Shown: one piece after another, positions 26,093 through 35,314 of the stretch
How the letters are laid out: every line of letters begins with the position of its first letter
How positions within the stretch are numbered: position 1 is the first letter of the stretch
IMG/VR virus record: IMGVR_UViG_3300043395_003277
Location: 1-64,000 of that record
Direction: 5' to 3' (one strand)
Origin: a virus
DNA length: 64,000 bases
The notes under the pieces: generated by a model
Seen by the model: only the letters and a program-made list of their open reading frames with translations
Told to the model about the DNA's origin: nothing
Databases searched by the model: none
Position numbers and translations under genes: made by a program

Positions 26093-26794
26093 ATGTCCCA
26101 GATCACTTCGACTAAACTTAACGAGCTAAACATCATTAAGTTATACGAGCACTACAATGCTCTTGAAAAATCACTGCCTTTACTTACTCCTGAGTCCCAG
26201 GACTTGGCAAAAGCAGAGCTTGAAAATTGCGCCAACTTACGGTCTGAAAAAATTGATCGTATTTATTACGCCATGGCGGCGCACGAAGACGCCTTGGAGC
26301 GCATCAAAAAAGAAGGTGAGCTCATTACGCAAGCCAAGCGTCACCACGAATCCCAACTGCGGCAACTCAAAAACTTGTTAAACTGGTTGAAGCGGTCGCT
26401 ACCTTTTAATACCAATAAGATTGTTGGCCGCAACTATCAGTTCACACTTGTTAAGAAAAAGGATTTAACAGTTGAAGTCTCGTCAGATCCGGAGCTTTGG
26501 AACCCTGAAGAAAGAGAGCGTTATTGCGTTGAAGAAGAAGTCACCACAACCAAACGAACCGTGCTACGTTCTATCTCAGGAGAAGTTCTTTCAGACAGAA
26601 CAGAACCTACAACCAAAACTAAAATCCTCCCAAACCTTGATGCCATACGTAATGCCTACCAAACAGGACAACACCTTCCGGCTGGAGTCAAAGTCACTCA
26701 AGAATATGGCATCCGATCAAAACGAATCTACATTGAACCAAAAGTGGAAATACCTGCATCCGAGTATCCAGGAGAGCTTTTACCAGAAGATTGA
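26093..26794 (+). CDS. Siphovirus Gp157-like protein
   Basis: coiled coil KIDRIY...IKKE...; C-terminal IRNAY..G..LPAGVKV. Confidence 0.7.
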   Translation: MSQITSTKLNELNIIKLYEHYNALEKSLPLLTPESQDLAKAELENCANLRSEKIDRIYYAMAAHEDALERIKKEGELITQAKRHHESQLRQLKNLLNWLKRSLPFNTNKIVGRNYQFTLVKKKDLTVEVSSDPELWNPEERERYCVEEEVTTTKRTVLRSISGEVLSDRTEPTTKTKILPNLDAIRNAYQTGQHLPAGVKVTQEYGIRSKRIYIEPKVEIPASEYPGELLPED

Positions 26795-26828
26795 TCCTCC
26801 TTTTTCCGTAGAGGATGCCAAGATCAAA

Positions 26829-27047
26829 ATGAACTGTCACCAACATGCAGTAAAAGATTTTGATCTACAAATTGAAATGAATGATCTTGAGCTTGAAATG
26901 CTTAAAGATCAAGGTGAGATTCTTCCATATAACGAATCACGTGCTGATGATCTTGAGCAGAAAAAGCTCAAGCTTTTACTTGGTAAACGGTTTCACCAAA
27001 ATGCCATGAATGCCTATTGGTATTACTTGGCCAAAATGGCTAAATAA
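26829..27047 (+). CDS. coiled-coil hypothetical protein
   Basis: non-overlapped part of the 26472-27047 frame; start uncertain. Confidence 0.55.
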   Translation: MNCHQHAVKDFDLQIEMNDLELEMLKDQGEILPYNESRADDLEQKKLKLLLGKRFHQNAMNAYWYYLAKMAK

Positions 27048-27082
27048 ACTGTCATACAATTAAAGAACAGCTGAGGTGTCCC

Positions 27083-27346
27083 ATGGGTGGCGATTCAATT
27101 CTTAATAAATTGATTGCTGGCTTTACCCAAGACGGGACACCTCTTACTGCTTTGCTTGGTTCAAAGCAAGAACTAGGTGTTGTTATCTTGACTGCTGCAA
27201 TGCTTTCAAATGAAAGTCTTGCTTCTCAAATGACAGCAGAAGAAATGGTTGATGGTGCTATTAACTATTACAACGTTATCCAAGAACGTCTTGGTTACTA
27301 TCAACAACACCAAGCTCATTCGCTTGAACGTCTTCTGGGAAGCTAA
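27083..27346 (+). CDS. hypothetical protein
   Basis: GAGG ribosome site, 87 aa. Confidence 0.75.
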   Translation: MGGDSILNKLIAGFTQDGTPLTALLGSKQELGVVILTAAMLSNESLASQMTAEEMVDGAINYYNVIQERLGYYQQHQAHSLERLLGS

Positions 27347-27351
27347 TACTA

Positions 27352-27741
27352 ATGTCTTTAATTCAACGTTATCCTCAATTCTTTTCAAGTGACACTTATA
27401 TCATTGGTAACTTGGCCAATGACTATAGTGCTGCACCAAGGCACAAGCAGAATTTTTTTGATATTGCAAGGGCTGGGTCTTCTATGCCAGCACAACCAGA
27501 CTATTACTACCCAATGCGTTTTGCTGCGCCTTACACCAGCCAATCACGTTACCTGCCATTTGAAGCAGTACAACCAACCATGGGGTTTGCTGCGCCAAGA
27601 AGCACTGCTCCACAAAGACTTGCTTACCGTCTAAACACAAGTCCAAATCCATTTACTGCAGCTGAAACAATTGCAAACATTCCTGGTAAGATCCAGGCCA
27701 ATGCACTGGCTGGTCGTTTTGTTGGCTCGTTATTTAACTGA
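27352..27741 (+). CDS. hypothetical protein
   Basis: 129-aa ORF. Confidence 0.6.
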   Translation: MSLIQRYPQFFSSDTYIIGNLANDYSAAPRHKQNFFDIARAGSSMPAQPDYYYPMRFAAPYTSQSRYLPFEAVQPTMGFAAPRSTAPQRLAYRLNTSPNPFTAAETIANIPGKIQANALAGRFVGSLFN

Positions 27742-27770
27742 TACACTATTGAGGTAATTAACTGTTCCCG

Positions 27771-27968
27771 ATGGAATCGGTTGTAGTGCCCAAACTTGTC
27801 GTATCATTTGCAGTGGACATCGAAGTAAACTACGATTCCTTTGGTGGTAAAACACCTCAGGATATTGCAATTGCTTTGCAAGATGAGATCGATGATCTCC
27901 TTTACGAAGCAAGTCCCTCCGTTTCTTCTGTCTACACATCTATTACTGCATTGGATTCCAATGACTGA
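27771..27968 (+). CDS. hypothetical protein
   Basis: 65-aa acidic ORF. Confidence 0.65.
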   Translation: MESVVVPKLVVSFAVDIEVNYDSFGGKTPQDIAIALQDEIDDLLYEASPSVSSVYTSITALDSND

Positions 27969-28287
27969 TGACCTCGTAAAGCGGCTTAATACTGCTGGGG
28001 GTTTTGATAGCCCCTGGTTGCGAGAGCAGCTGCTTGCCTGGAGCGCCCAGGAAGAACAGAAAAAAGCTGATTTCATGGAGCACATGTATAACTGCTCCGG
28101 ACGGCAAGACAAATCCCATCCAATGCATGCTCTCTACACGGGTTTGTGGCAAGACTTCTGCATCAAAGAAGCTGGGCCTTACTGCCGCCAAGAGTGGTTT
28201 GACATGGTTGAAGCTGTTCGTCTCTTTGAACAAGGCAACCTCCAAACAGTTTCTACTGATACAAAACAAACTGTTGAACTTTCTTAA
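27961..28287 (+). CDS. hypothetical cyanophage protein
   Basis: FMEHMY..SGR....HPMH.LYTGLWQ motif; ATG at 27961. Confidence 0.7.
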   Translation: MTDDLVKRLNTAGGFDSPWLREQLLAWSAQEEQKKADFMEHMYNCSGRQDKSHPMHALYTGLWQDFCIKEAGPYCRQEWFDMVEAVRLFEQGNLQTVSTDTKQTVELS

Positions 28288-28345
28288 GCTTTAGAATATT
28301 CCAAAGTTGGTTTGGCGCATCACACTGGGATGTGCCTTTTTATTT

Positions 28346-28717
28346 ATGGACATTAACGAAAAGCCAATGGAAACCATCCAGCAATGGCAGGATTGGTACC
28401 GATCACACAGAGGTCTTCCTTTGGAAAATGAAGATGTAGTCTCAAAAGACTCAGTAGAAAATCTTAATGAAACTTTTGCTGAAGCCAAACCTGAGACAGA
28501 CTTAGAAGTCGTTTACTTAAAGCAAAGGGCAAAGGGATTCTTTGCGGATACCATTGCCGAATTTCAAAATGAACTAACTGCACAAGAACTATTCCAGTCC
28601 TTTAAAGAAGCTGTCATTGAACAACATGAACTCAACAAACAACAATTCGAAAGAACCCAAGAACTCCTTGGCTACCTTCACGGGAGCAGTTGTAAAAAAG
28701 CCTGTGAAAAAAAGTAA
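28346..28717 (+). CDS. hypothetical protein
   Basis: ATG at 28346. Confidence 0.65.
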   Translation: MDINEKPMETIQQWQDWYRSHRGLPLENEDVVSKDSVENLNETFAEAKPETDLEVVYLKQRAKGFFADTIAEFQNELTAQELFQSFKEAVIEQHELNKQQFERTQELLGYLHGSSCKKACEKK

Positions 28718-28931
28718 ACGTTCCTATGGCCCTTCTTGGGTTTGTTATTCTTGTGGTATTAAACACGGTGCTTGGTACCAGGATGATGGTACATACATTG
28801 GACCTACACCAAGTTGCGCTACTTGTCACCACGGTAAATGTGATGTTTGCGGAACAACAAACATTGCTGTAACTGAGCCAAGGGATTATGGTTACCTTAC
28901 GCGTAACCTTGATGGCCTTTTGCTTAAGTAG
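28617..28931 (+). CDS. Cys-rich zinc-finger protein
   Basis: WVCYSCG...CDVCG...VTEPRDYGYL; start probably later than 28617. Confidence 0.6.
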   Translation: MNNMNSTNNNSKEPKNSLATFTGAVVKKPVKKSKRSYGPSWVCYSCGIKHGAWYQDDGTYIGPTPSCATCHHGKCDVCGTTNIAVTEPRDYGYLTRNLDGLLLK

Positions 28932-29211
28932 CAAACACACGCACTGGTGTTACTGGCGTCACCTCATGCTGCGTCCACCCATCCGGCAGCTCACCGATGT
29001 AATTGACGTGCCAGCCCGGCAGCAGCGTGGGCGGGGTGATGACTTCGCCAGTGTCGGGGTCGTAGACGCCGCCTTCGTAAATGAGACCGATCACATCCAG
29101 CGCGTGCGTGTGACTGGCGACGATGGGGTTACCGTCAGCATCCAGCAGCCCAGCAGCATCCAGAGCAGCCGTGCCGGTTGGCTCGTCGGGGAAGCGTAGG
29201 TATCGGGTCAT
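28924..29211 (-). CDS. tail-fibre-associated small protein
   Basis: MTRYLRFPDE...ALDVIG.I...GWHVN...P.TPVRVFA, a type found behind tail fibre genes; ATGA overlap at 29208-29211. Confidence 0.7.
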   Translation of the reverse strand: MTRYLRFPDEPTGTAALDAAGLLDADGNPIVASHTHALDVIGLIYEGGVYDPDTGEVITPPTLLPGWHVNYIGELPDGWTQHEVTPVTPVRVFAT

Positions 29212-29870
29212 TGGGTCAGGGTCTGAAGCGTGCTGTTGCTGAGGCGCTGGGGCCGACCAAGAAGAACTTCTTCGTCGGACCAACCACGCCTGATCCGTTT
29301 GTAAACTTGGGCATCTGTAAGGCCAAGTTCTGTTATCCAGTCGGCAGCTACCTGAGTCCTGCCGTTTAGCGTAAGCAGTTTGGTGTTTGACTTATTGCGG
29401 CTTTGCTCTGCGTAAGAAGCCCACCTGCAGTTGTCAGGGCTGTATCCCTTGCTGTTGTCAGCTCTTTCCAAAGTCAATCCATCTGGCGCCTCACCCATAT
29501 CAGCCACAAAGCCCTCAAAGGTTTGCCATGTTTTACACACGTTGATTCCAGCGCCTCCGTAACGCGAGTACATGGGGCAAGTTGGATTGCTTGTTCTTTG
29601 GATCATGTTTTTCCAGATCCGCATAGTCCGTGTTGGCTTGCGGCCTACGTAGCCCCCGTGCTTGGTCGCTGTCTCTGCTGCGCGTTCGGCGCGCAAGCAG
29701 CCACAGGAGCGTGTTTTGCCATTTCTCAAGAGTTGGCCAATGACCACCGTTGACTGCCCGCATTCACATCGGCACAGCCATCGAGTCTTGCCATTAGAAA
29801 AGGAATCACGCTCCAAGACGGTCAACCGTCCAAAGACTTGGCCCTGCATATCGGCTAAAGGCTTTCCCAT
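29208..29870 (-). CDS. homing endonuclease-like protein inserted in tail module
   Basis: DMQGQVFGRLTV...WLCRCECG...SCGC; YGGAGI.VC..W..FE.F..DMG; GYSPDNCRWA. Confidence 0.85.
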   Translation of the reverse strand: MGKPLADMQGQVFGRLTVLERDSFSNGKTRWLCRCECGQSTVVIGQLLRNGKTRSCGCLRAERAAETATKHGGYVGRKPTRTMRIWKNMIQRTSNPTCPMYSRYGGAGINVCKTWQTFEGFVADMGEAPDGLTLERADNSKGYSPDNCRWASYAEQSRNKSNTKLLTLNGRTQVAADWITELGLTDAQVYKRIRRGWSDEEVLLGRPQRLSNSTLQTLTQ

Positions 29871-29872
29871 GA

Positions 29873-31795
29873 TTACTGCGTGATCGTCTGCAAAACGCTA
29901 TTGGGCAAGCGCTGTCCCCAATATACTAGGCGGCGGATGGTGCCAGAAAGGAACTCAGTGCCCCCTGTCGCGCCGCCAATGTTTGCCTGGTTGATACCAA
30001 TAGGCATCGCACCACTGGTGTCTGATCCAGCCGTAGACGCACCTGTAGCCCATGACGCAAAGTCGTCAAGCTTGACAGCAGCTGCATATTTCCTAGTTGT
30101 TGTCCCAACAGCGGACCCGTTGCTACCAAATTGAGCAGTTGTTGCAGCGCCAGACCTGATTGTTAATTGATCGGCAGTTGTCGCTGATGTTATTGCACGG
30201 ATGTTAAAACGATTATTAGTTGAACCATCTGTTAGGTCAATTGTTGTCCGACTGCTGGTATTCGTGGCGCTACCCGCTGGCAGCTGCGTCTCAGCAAACA
30301 CCGTCCCCTCATCCTGCCGATACCAACTAGAAAAGTTAGTTCCGGTGATACTTGCCACGTCCGCACTGCGGGTGACCGTGGCGGTGGTGGTGGGGATGTA
30401 GCTGGTGGGGAAGGCACCGGCTTCTAACTGGGCGCCCCAGATGTACATGCCGCTGGTGCCGTCGCCGGTGTAAGAAATCGTTGAACCTGCCGAAACAATG
30501 TTTAAGTCGCAAAAAATGGCAGTGTTGGTCCCGCCAAGCGTCAAAGCGTAAGAACACCTGTACCAGCCGTCTCCGACATTTTGTATTGAAGCGACACCGC
30601 CAGTGGCGCCATTCAGGCCGGTGCTTGCGCTAAATATAGTGCCATTTGACAAATTAAAAACGGCATTGCCTTGCCTGGAAAAACCAGGAGAGTCAACAAT
30701 TCCAACATAGAATCTAGTGCGCTCTTTTGCTTTTACATACACCGACAGTGTATAAGCGTTGGTATTTACAGTGCCAGACACCGTTTGGTAAACTCTGTGC
30801 TGCCCTGTTGAGGTGTCTTCGGTTAAAAGATCAGCGGTAATAGATCCATTTGGAGCGGCTATTGCATTAGCAGTTGAGCCACTGCCAAATGCAATTAGAC
30901 CTGCCTTTATCCAACTCGCATTATCAAACTCCTCACTCCGCAGCATCAGGTTCGTCCTCTGCTCCTCCACCAGCAGCCCTAGGCTTTCGCCGGTTGTGGG
31001 GTTGTGGTCGAAGCGCGGGGCTGAGTTAATCGTGCTGGTGGTGGGGATGTATTCACCGACCGTGCTGGACTGCTCTAGTTGGGCGCCCCAGAGGTAAAAG
31101 TCGGTAGTCAGTGAGACGGAGCCAAAAGTATTGAGCCAGATTTGTGGTTGAACTAACGAAAAGGGAAGACTTGAAAAACTGCAGGAAGCCACAACTCGAT
31201 ACCAGCCCCCGCCAACATTTGCGATTGAGCCAGTTTGTCCAGATGCCGTTGTACCTTCGTTTGTAACGCTGACAGTGCCGTTACTAAGATTGGCGGAAAC
31301 CCTTAAGCCGTTTGCGCTACCTTCTGTGAGGCGAACAACGACTGAGCTTTCAGTGCCTGCCTTGAGATAAATGGAAAACGTATAAGCGCCAGTCTGCGTT
31401 GCCGAAATGTTTCTTGTTAAAAACTTGTTAGCGGAGCCAGCGCTACCAGTTACTTGGTCTGCAGTAACAGCTCCCGTTGGCGCTGCAATTTGATTAGCCG
31501 TGACGGTCGCTGTATTTGCCGTAAATGCCGCAGCAGCATCTTCGCTGTTGGTAGCAAGGTTCGTCGTTGCCGTCTTGATCAGCCCGTCGCTGCCCACAAA
31601 CGTGCCGCTGCTAGCGCGGGTGAACGTCACCAGGCTCTGCCCCGTAGTGGCGTCAACTAAACTTTTGTTTTCTGCAAAACGTAAATCTAAACTTGGAACT
31701 GCTTGTGCACTACGCCACAAAGCATTTTTTACCCAAGAAGGAGCTAACGCGCCGCCAGGTGTTACTCCGGTTCGAAACGCTGCAATGCCACGCAT
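29873..31795 (-). CDS. tail fibre/spike protein with duplicated carbohydrate-binding-like modules
   Basis: TFTRASSGT, APRFDHNPTTGESLGLLVEEQRTN, two WGAQLE....YIPTT repeats. Confidence 0.8.
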   Translation of the reverse strand: MRGIAAFRTGVTPGGALAPSWVKNALWRSAQAVPSLDLRFAENKSLVDATTGQSLVTFTRASSGTFVGSDGLIKTATTNLATNSEDAAAAFTANTATVTANQIAAPTGAVTADQVTGSAGSANKFLTRNISATQTGAYTFSIYLKAGTESSVVVRLTEGSANGLRVSANLSNGTVSVTNEGTTASGQTGSIANVGGGWYRVVASCSFSSLPFSLVQPQIWLNTFGSVSLTTDFYLWGAQLEQSSTVGEYIPTTSTINSAPRFDHNPTTGESLGLLVEEQRTNLMLRSEEFDNASWIKAGLIAFGSGSTANAIAAPNGSITADLLTEDTSTGQHRVYQTVSGTVNTNAYTLSVYVKAKERTRFYVGIVDSPGFSRQGNAVFNLSNGTIFSASTGLNGATGGVASIQNVGDGWYRCSYALTLGGTNTAIFCDLNIVSAGSTISYTGDGTSGMYIWGAQLEAGAFPTSYIPTTTATVTRSADVASITGTNFSSWYRQDEGTVFAETQLPAGSATNTSSRTTIDLTDGSTNNRFNIRAITSATTADQLTIRSGAATTAQFGSNGSAVGTTTRKYAAAVKLDDFASWATGASTAGSDTSGAMPIGINQANIGGATGGTEFLSGTIRRLVYWGQRLPNSVLQTITQ

Positions 31796-32385
31796 CAGAG
31801 ACCAGCCTCAAGTGTATTGATACGAAGAGTAACAGTACTTGCGCTAACAGGTGTATAAGCCCCACGGGTTTCAATCTCTACAAATAAACTGGTACTTGCA
31901 GTGTTTAATTTAATTAGGCGTCCTGGATAATCAACTTGTGTATATAAACTACTGCCAAAATCTTGTGGGGTTGGTAAATCAACGTATCCCATGTAAGCAC
32001 TGCGCTCACCGCTTGCTAAATCAAACGGTGCATTGTCTGCAATTGCAGTAGGACTAGCATTATAAAAGTGAATGCGAAATGCTGCCATACCAGCGGGAAC
32101 AGTGCTGTCACTAAACACAAGAGACAAGCTTTGTAAGAGCACAAAACCAGCGGTTGGCCCTGCGTTTGTTAACGTAATAATTGCACTGCCGCCTGTATCA
32201 CCAACAACATCGCCAGCGGTATAAGCAGTTGTATTGCTAGGACGTGTGATAGTTGCTGTAGTTCTATATGCTTTACCATCTACAGTAAGACTGCTATTGT
32301 TATCGCTTACGGTAACAGGTTGGCCGCTAACAGTGCTTACTTTAATGACTTCGAATAACTGTGAATTCTCTTTTACTAAAGGCAT
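31795..32385 (-). CDS. virion structural protein
   Basis: TRPSNTTAYTAGDVV motif, beta-rich; coupled to fibre gene. Confidence 0.65.
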   Translation of the reverse strand: MPLVKENSQLFEVIKVSTVSGQPVTVSDNNSSLTVDGKAYRTTATITRPSNTTAYTAGDVVGDTGGSAIITLTNAGPTAGFVLLQSLSLVFSDSTVPAGMAAFRIHFYNASPTAIADNAPFDLASGERSAYMGYVDLPTPQDFGSSLYTQVDYPGRLIKLNTASTSLFVEIETRGAYTPVSASTVTLRINTLEAGL

Positions 32386-32458
32386 GGCCTATCTCTGTTT
32401 TTTAAAATTCTAACAAAGGTTGTCGCAATTAAAATAAAAGAAATAGCCTTCTCTGGTC

Positions 32459-33796
32459 ATGGTTCTTATTAGGTATATCAACGATTACGGAGATGGCACC
32501 TCTGGTTATTTAGACTACGGTTCAGGTATTGTTGTTTCCACAGTAAGTGGACAACCAATCGAGGTTGTAACTCCGGCAACTGGTGTTGTTGCTGTTCAAG
32601 CTGGCGGTGTTGGCGCAGATGCTTTTGGGAGATTACGTTCTTCTACTCCGCTAACACTATTTGACTCAAGCCATCGTTACCGTGACAACGGTCTATGGGC
32701 AACAACCAGTGGTACTGGTGGCACAACATCTTTTAATGCAAACGCTGGACTTGTAGATCTCAACGTAACTACAACTTCTGGGTCGGAAATTGTAAGAGAA
32801 ACAACAAAAGTTTTTGCTTATCAGCCAGGTAAGTCCTTGTTGATAATGTCTACTTTTGTGATGAACGCAGCAAAAGAAAACTTACGTCAACGTATTGGCT
32901 ATTACGGCGCAAACAACGGCATCTATTTAGAAAAGAACGGGACCGCTGCTCCAGCTTTTGTTGAACGTAGCTACGTAACAGGAACCGTAACAGAAACTAG
33001 TGTTTCTCAGTCAAGCTGGAACATCGATAAACTAGATGGCACTGGTAGATCTGGATTAACACTTGATCTAACTAAAGCTCAAATCTTATTTATTGATGTT
33101 GAATGGTTGGGATTAGGCACGGTACGTGCCGGTTTTGTAATTGATGGAAAACTTATTCATTGCCATTCATTCCATCACGCAAATCTAATTACGTCTACAT
33201 ATATAACAACAGCGTCTTTACCTTTGCGTTATGAAATTAAAAACACAGGTACTACGGCAAGTAGCAGCACACTAAAACAAATTTGTTCAACCGTAATTTC
33301 TGAAGGTGGTTACGAGTTGCGTGGTAAACCGCAAGGAATTGGAACATCAATTACATCTCCTTACAGTTTGACAACTGCTGGTACGTTATATCCGGTAATT
33401 TCGTTACGTCTTAAAGCTGCTTCTCTTGATGCTATTGCCATTCTTAATGCTATATCAATCATGGCCGCAGGAGGTACTGCTAACTACACATGGCAACTAC
33501 TGGGAAACCCAACAACATCTGGTGGATCCTGGGTTAGTGCAGGAACCGAGTCTGCAATAGAATACAACTTGACAGGTACTTCTACCTCTGGTGGTAGTGT
33601 TCTTGCGCAAGGATATTTTGCCGCAACAAACCAGGCAACAAACTCTGTTGATGTTTTAAAAGAAGCTTTGTTTACGTTCCAGCTTGAACGGAATGGCTTA
33701 ACTGCAACACCGTATGAACTCTCTTTGGTTGCATCTGCAAGTGCAAACACATCTACATTGCATGCATCAATAAACTGGCAAGAAATTAGCCTTTGA
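32459..33796 (+). CDS. virion structural protein (DAFGRLR.S.P.TLFD type)
   Basis: DAFGRLR, YQPGKS, EWLGLGTVR.GF, LPLRYEI motifs; Thr/Ser-rich. Confidence 0.7.
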   Translation: MVLIRYINDYGDGTSGYLDYGSGIVVSTVSGQPIEVVTPATGVVAVQAGGVGADAFGRLRSSTPLTLFDSSHRYRDNGLWATTSGTGGTTSFNANAGLVDLNVTTTSGSEIVRETTKVFAYQPGKSLLIMSTFVMNAAKENLRQRIGYYGANNGIYLEKNGTAAPAFVERSYVTGTVTETSVSQSSWNIDKLDGTGRSGLTLDLTKAQILFIDVEWLGLGTVRAGFVIDGKLIHCHSFHHANLITSTYITTASLPLRYEIKNTGTTASSSTLKQICSTVISEGGYELRGKPQGIGTSITSPYSLTTAGTLYPVISLRLKAASLDAIAILNAISIMAAGGTANYTWQLLGNPTTSGGSWVSAGTESAIEYNLTGTSTSGGSVLAQGYFAATNQATNSVDVLKEALFTFQLERNGLTATPYELSLVASASANTSTLHASINWQEISL

Positions 33797-33832
33797 TATT
33801 TTTTGTTAAACTAGAATTACTGACAAAAACTT

Positions 33833-34375
33833 ATGTATAGCTCCGCACCTCAAGCCATTCAGCAACCTGTTCTTGAAGCTGTTCCAGAGCCTCAGGCAAA
33901 GCCCAAAGCACCAGGTAAATCAAAGAACGGTGATGTCGGGTCCTTCATCCAGCAGTGCATCTCCCTCTGTGCTTACATCAAGGAACTTGAGACACAATCC
34001 CATCTCATTCACCTGAACTACGAGGGGGCGAACTTCCTCGGGGTGCATGCCTTCCTTCGAGATCAATACGAAGCACATCTGGAACAGTTCGATACGTTAG
34101 CTGAGTTTGTTCGCTCGATGGATTATCTCATGCCTCAGTGTAGCTGTGGCCTCAAGGATGCTGCCCCTCCCATTCAAGTGGTAACTTCTTATAAAGGAAT
34201 TGAGATGCTTGGTGTGTACTACAAAAACCTTGAAGAACTGGGCATGAAAGCCAAGAAGCTGGAACCTCTTGCGGCCAAAGTGGGTGCAATTGATATCCAA
34301 AACTACATGGCTGATCTTGTTGGTCAGGCGTTTAAAGCAGCTTGGTTTGTTAAAGCTACATTAAGGAATGGGTGA
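33833..34375 (+). CDS. dps: Dps/ferritin-like DNA protection protein
   Basis: H..HLNYEG.NF..VH.FL..QY......D.LAE.VR and C-terminal KAAWF. Confidence 0.8.
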   Translation: MYSSAPQAIQQPVLEAVPEPQAKPKAPGKSKNGDVGSFIQQCISLCAYIKELETQSHLIHLNYEGANFLGVHAFLRDQYEAHLEQFDTLAEFVRSMDYLMPQCSCGLKDAAPPIQVVTSYKGIEMLGVYYKNLEELGMKAKKLEPLAAKVGAIDIQNYMADLVGQAFKAAWFVKATLRNG

Positions 34376-34388
34376 AAAAACAATTGTA

Positions 34389-34459
34389 AGCCCTACTCCG
34401 GTACCTCCCCGGATTCTCTGCGTTACAAAGGCAGCGCTTCAATTTAAAGCTTGCAGGGC
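34389..34459 (-). tRNA. atypical/degenerate tRNA-Thr(TGT)
   Basis: acceptor GCCCTGC/GTAGGGC, loop TT-TGT-AA, but T-loop GGAGGTA, a C-C mismatch in the anticodon stem and no D-loop GG. Confidence 0.55.
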
Positions 34460-34462
34460 GTA

Positions 34463-34538
34463 TCGGAGCGCTCAGATTTGAACTGAGATTATTCCTGTCC
34501 CCAAAACAGGTGCCATGACCAAGTTAGGCGACGCTCCG
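34463..34538 (-). tRNA. trnP: tRNA-Pro(TGG)
   Basis: CGGAGCG/CGCTCCG acceptor, CCTGT-TTTGGGG-ACAGG anticodon arm, CTCAG-TTCAAAT-CTGAG T arm. Confidence 0.9.
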
Positions 34539-34999
34539 AAACTGTTTACGTACTTTAACACCTTTTCTTCAATTAAAGCGCGATGTCTTGAGTGCCAAAT
34601 CCGATGGTGGTTTGGACATAAAGGTATTAAATTCAAAGGACTGTTATCTTTATTGTTTCCGTTTAAATGGTGCACCTCAATAATTAAATTAAAACCGCAA
34701 AGGCAACATTCTTTTTTGTGATATGCAAAACAAATTGTTCTGTAATTATTGCCTTGATAATTTGGATTGCATGTGCCTTTTCTAAAAAAACTGTTGTAAC
34801 AACTTGTGCTACATGTTTTTTGTTCAGGATGTTTTAAAACGCCGCACTTCGGGCAAGGCGTCCCAAAAGCTGGGTTTTGCGTGCAAGTTTTTAAATGACG
34901 AATAATAAAAGGTTTTTTAAATTCTTTTTTGCAAAAAATACAGCACACTAAAGGATCTTTGCGCCCTCGCAAAAGATTGTTTAAAGAATTTTTATGCAC
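34472..34999 (-). CDS. HNH endonuclease within tRNA cluster
   Basis: CCLCG...EVHHLNGNNKDNSPLNLIPLCPNHH; N-terminal Cys fingers; AT-rich; frame ends inside tRNA-Pro. Confidence 0.85.
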   Translation of the reverse strand: MHKNSLNNLLRGRKDPLVCCIFCKKEFKKPFIIRHLKTCTQNPAFGTPCPKCGVLKHPEQKTCSTSCYNSFFRKGTCNPNYQGNNYRTICFAYHKKECCLCGFNLIIEVHHLNGNNKDNSPLNLIPLCPNHHRIWHSRHRALIEEKVLKYVNSFGASPNLVMAPVLGTGIISVQI

Positions 35000-35041
35000 T
35001 CATATTAAAGTCTTTTAAAAGCTTAGCAATAAATATAAACC

Positions 35042-35123
35042 GGGGCGAGGATATCCGCCGACGATAATCTACGATGCGGCCTAGGGGATCCTTCGTTTAA
35101 TACAACATTCCTTGTTGTACCCC
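35042..35123 (-). ncRNA. unknown structured RNA (~82 nt)
   Basis: GGGGT/GCCCC closing stem, TACAAC-AAGGAAT-GTTGTA hairpin, AGGAT/ATCCT and CCGC/GCGG stems. Confidence 0.5.
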
Positions 35124-35124
35124 A

Positions 35125-35194
35125 GGGGTTGAGCTGGACTCGAACCAGCTACTGAATGTGTTATCCACGTGCCTTTCCCTTTGGCTTCCAACCC
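35125..35194 (-). ncRNA. tRNA-like RNA with a shrunken anticodon arm
   Basis: GGGTTGG/TCAACCC acceptor, GCC/GGC D arm, GCTGG-TTCGAGT-CCAGC T arm; anticodon arm only GTG-GATAA-CAC. Confidence 0.7.
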
Positions 35195-35197
35195 ATT

Positions 35198-35288
35198 GGG
35201 CCTCCTTCCAGGCTATCTGCCTGACGAGTAACCCCAGCCTTCGCGCTTGCCGAATGGGTCCCCGGCGCATCAGCGGCCAACTGAGCCC
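35198..35288 (-). ncRNA. unknown GC-rich structured RNA (~91 nt)
   Basis: GGGC/GCCC closing stem, CAGGC-AGATA-GCCTG hairpin, GCGC and CCGGG/TTCGG stems. Confidence 0.5.
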
Positions 35289-35314
35289 GATCAAAAGAGA
35301 GCGGGAACATAAAC

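Noticed and set aside
35042-35290. tmRNA, SRP RNA or a functional tRNA-Ile
   Set aside because: No G3-U70 alanine acceptor or tag ORF, no SRP helix-8 motif, and a 7-nt anticodon loop cannot be formed.
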